This document shows positions 62,913 to 64,000 of a DNA stretch of 64,000 nucleotides, piece after piece. A program made the translations under genes and the position numbers. Location: IMG/VR virus record IMGVR_UViG_3300023296_001674, one strand, 5' to 3'. The notes under the pieces are model-generated. The model was given only the letters and a program-made list of their open reading frames with translations. It did no database searches and was not told the origin of the DNA. The stretch comes from a virus. Each line of letters begins with the position of its first letter. The first letter of the stretch is position 1.

Positions 62913-62941
62913 TTGACATAGATGTTAATTCGTTATATATT
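62913..62941 (+). promoter_or_regulatory. sigma70-type promoter (TTGACA-N17-TATATT)
   Basis: TTGACA at 62913-62918 and TATATT at 62936-62941. SD GAAGGATAA; ATG at 62971. Confidence 0.5.
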
Positions 62942-62970
62942 ATTCATACACAGAATGAAGGATAATTGCT

Positions 62971-63228
62971 ATGAAAACCAATCATCGACGCAGTTTCAGT
63001 GATAAACGACATTCACGTGCTGTATTCAATGAATACATTGTCGGCAATTTTTCCAAAATTGCCGATGATGGAAAATATATATCTGCGGGATCGACGTCGG
63101 GTGATCATTGTTGTGGTAAACGCGGTATTCGACGCGATAAAGCGGGTGCAAAGAAATATGTAAATTCGCGCACAAGATTTCATAACAAAATGGCATTAGA
63201 TAGACAGATAAACGAAGTGGAGATTTAA
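62971..63228 (+). CDS. basic hypothetical protein
   Basis: 85 aa, K/R-rich (RRSFSDKRHSRAV, KRGIRRDKAGAKKY). Confidence 0.4.
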   Translation: MKTNHRRSFSDKRHSRAVFNEYIVGNFSKIADDGKYISAGSTSGDHCCGKRGIRRDKAGAKKYVNSRTRFHNKMALDRQINEVEI

Positions 63229-63229
63229 A

Positions 63230-64000
63230 ATGAAAACCGATGAATACGGAAATCGCATGAAAGATTACGAAAGAATGGAAACCGGAAGACGGTTTATGCC
63301 ACTTCTACCCGTATATGCGCGGATTGATGGTCGTAGTTTTAGTAAGTTCACCAAAGGAATGCGCCGCCCTTATGATAAACGCATGTCACGATGTATGATT
63401 GAAACAGCAAAATATCTTGTCGATCAAACCGACGCTATGATAGGATATGTCCAAAGTGATGAGATTTCTCTTGCATGGTATAGCGATTCAGTTGATAGCC
63501 AAATTTTCTTTGATGGCAAGATTCAAAAGATGGTTTCAGTTCTTGCTGGTATGGCATCAGTTAAGTTTCTCCACGAATATCGAAATACATTTGGTGCACA
63601 GGCAGATATGGATGCGCTACCGTTGTTCGACGCACGTGTATTTCAACTACCTACTAAGGTAGAACTTGCAAACACATTTCTTTGGCGAGAACGTGATGCT
63701 ACCAAAAATGCTATCAGTATGGCTGCACGATCATTTTATAGCCATGCTGAATTACATAAAAAATCTGGTTCTGAAATGCAAGAAATGATGTTCCTAGCAG
63801 GACAGAACTTCAACGACTATCCAGCATTTTTTAAACGTGGAACATTTGTTCGCCGTGAATTAGTAGACATTGAACTGTCTGCTGGTGAATATGCCAACAT
63901 TCCAGATCGTCATAAACCACATAGCATGTGGGTTAAACGCCATCGCATGGTTGAAATGGATATGCCATCATTTGGAACAGTAATGAATCGCGACGATGTA
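63230..64000 (+). CDS. tRNA-His guanylyltransferase (Thg1)-like protein, 3' end beyond the window
   Basis: PVYARIDGRSFSKFT and IGYVQSDEISLAWY match the Thg1/TLP motifs (VVRLDGRNFHRF; AYGQSDEYSF). ATGA-coupled to the upstream gene. Frame open to the window end. Confidence 0.7.
   Translation, partial: MKTDEYGNRMKDYERMETGRRFMPLLPVYARIDGRSFSKFTKGMRRPYDKRMSRCMIETAKYLVDQTDAMIGYVQSDEISLAWYSDSVDSQIFFDGKIQKMVSVLAGMASVKFLHEYRNTFGAQADMDALPLFDARVFQLPTKVELANTFLWRERDATKNAISMAARSFYSHAELHKKSGSEMQEMMFLAGQNFNDYPAFFKRGTFVRRELVDIELSAGEYANIPDRHKPHSMWVKRHRMVEMDMPSFGTVMNRDDV

Noticed and set aside
1-64000. tmRNA (ssrA) partner for the phage SmpB, CRISPR arrays, group I introns in topoisomerase/aaRS genes
   Set aside because: No tRNA-like 5'/3' halves flanking a tag-peptide frame found by eye. 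No direct-repeat/spacer periodicity anywhere. All conserved genes are colinear with their homologues without internal gaps except the MTase frameshift. Absence by inspection only; Infernal/ARAGORN should confirm.

Overview
This window reads as an AT-rich (roughly one-third G+C by eye), tightly packed, mostly plus-strand stretch of a large T4-like (Tevenvirinae/Straboviridae-like) myovirus genome. Nothing suggests a bacterial chromosome. Evidence for a T4-type phage, from sequence: a clamp-loader gp44/RFC-like ATPase, split type II topoisomerase genes (gp52-like and a fused gp39+gp60-like), PhoH, a gp31/GroES-like co-chaperonin, a DexA-like DEDDh exonuclease and a MazG-like pyrophosphatase; many sigma70-consensus early promoters (TTGACA-N16-18-TATAAT-like) and T4 late-type TATAAATA boxes; Shine-Dalgarno-led genes with frequent ATGA/TAATG start-stop overlaps; and five freestanding homing-endonuclease genes (2 GIY-YIG, 1 HNH, 2 Vsr-like PD-(D/E)xK). 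Late/structural-type genes lie at the left edge: Ig-like repeat fibre/baseplate-type proteins behind a late promoter. The window also carries an unusually rich set of host-like translation and proteostasis genes: 2 tRNAs, SmpB, CysRS, an N-terminally truncated ThrRS, peptide deformylase, DnaJ/CbpA-like, ClpA-like unfoldase, Thg1-like tRNA repair enzyme, CoaE-like kinase, small PNK-like kinase, MBL-fold hydrolase and histidine phosphatase. Three things stand out. (1) A massively expanded family of at least 21 small paralogous proteins (50-130 aa) sharing an internal W[LC]xEN motif and a strictly C-terminal ...AFKL[RK]W[ILV] end, arranged in translationally coupled tandem arrays next to accessory genes. 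(2) An operon encoding clear homologues of the flagellar rotor-switch middle domains FliG_M and FliM_M (CheC-like), with possible FliN-like and FliG_N-like small partners. (3) A beta-class DNA methyltransferase interrupted at a U7 slippery run, which would be restored by a -1 frameshift. Also present: a Pol III alpha (DnaE) palm-domain fragment, tandem WGR-domain proteins, a macro-domain protein, a classic-clade AAA+ ATPase, a ferritin-like di-iron protein, a spanin-like pair, and a recurring 11-mer (TAATGTAGTAT) embedded in several early promoters. All functional calls come from motif recognition by eye and need profile searches to confirm.
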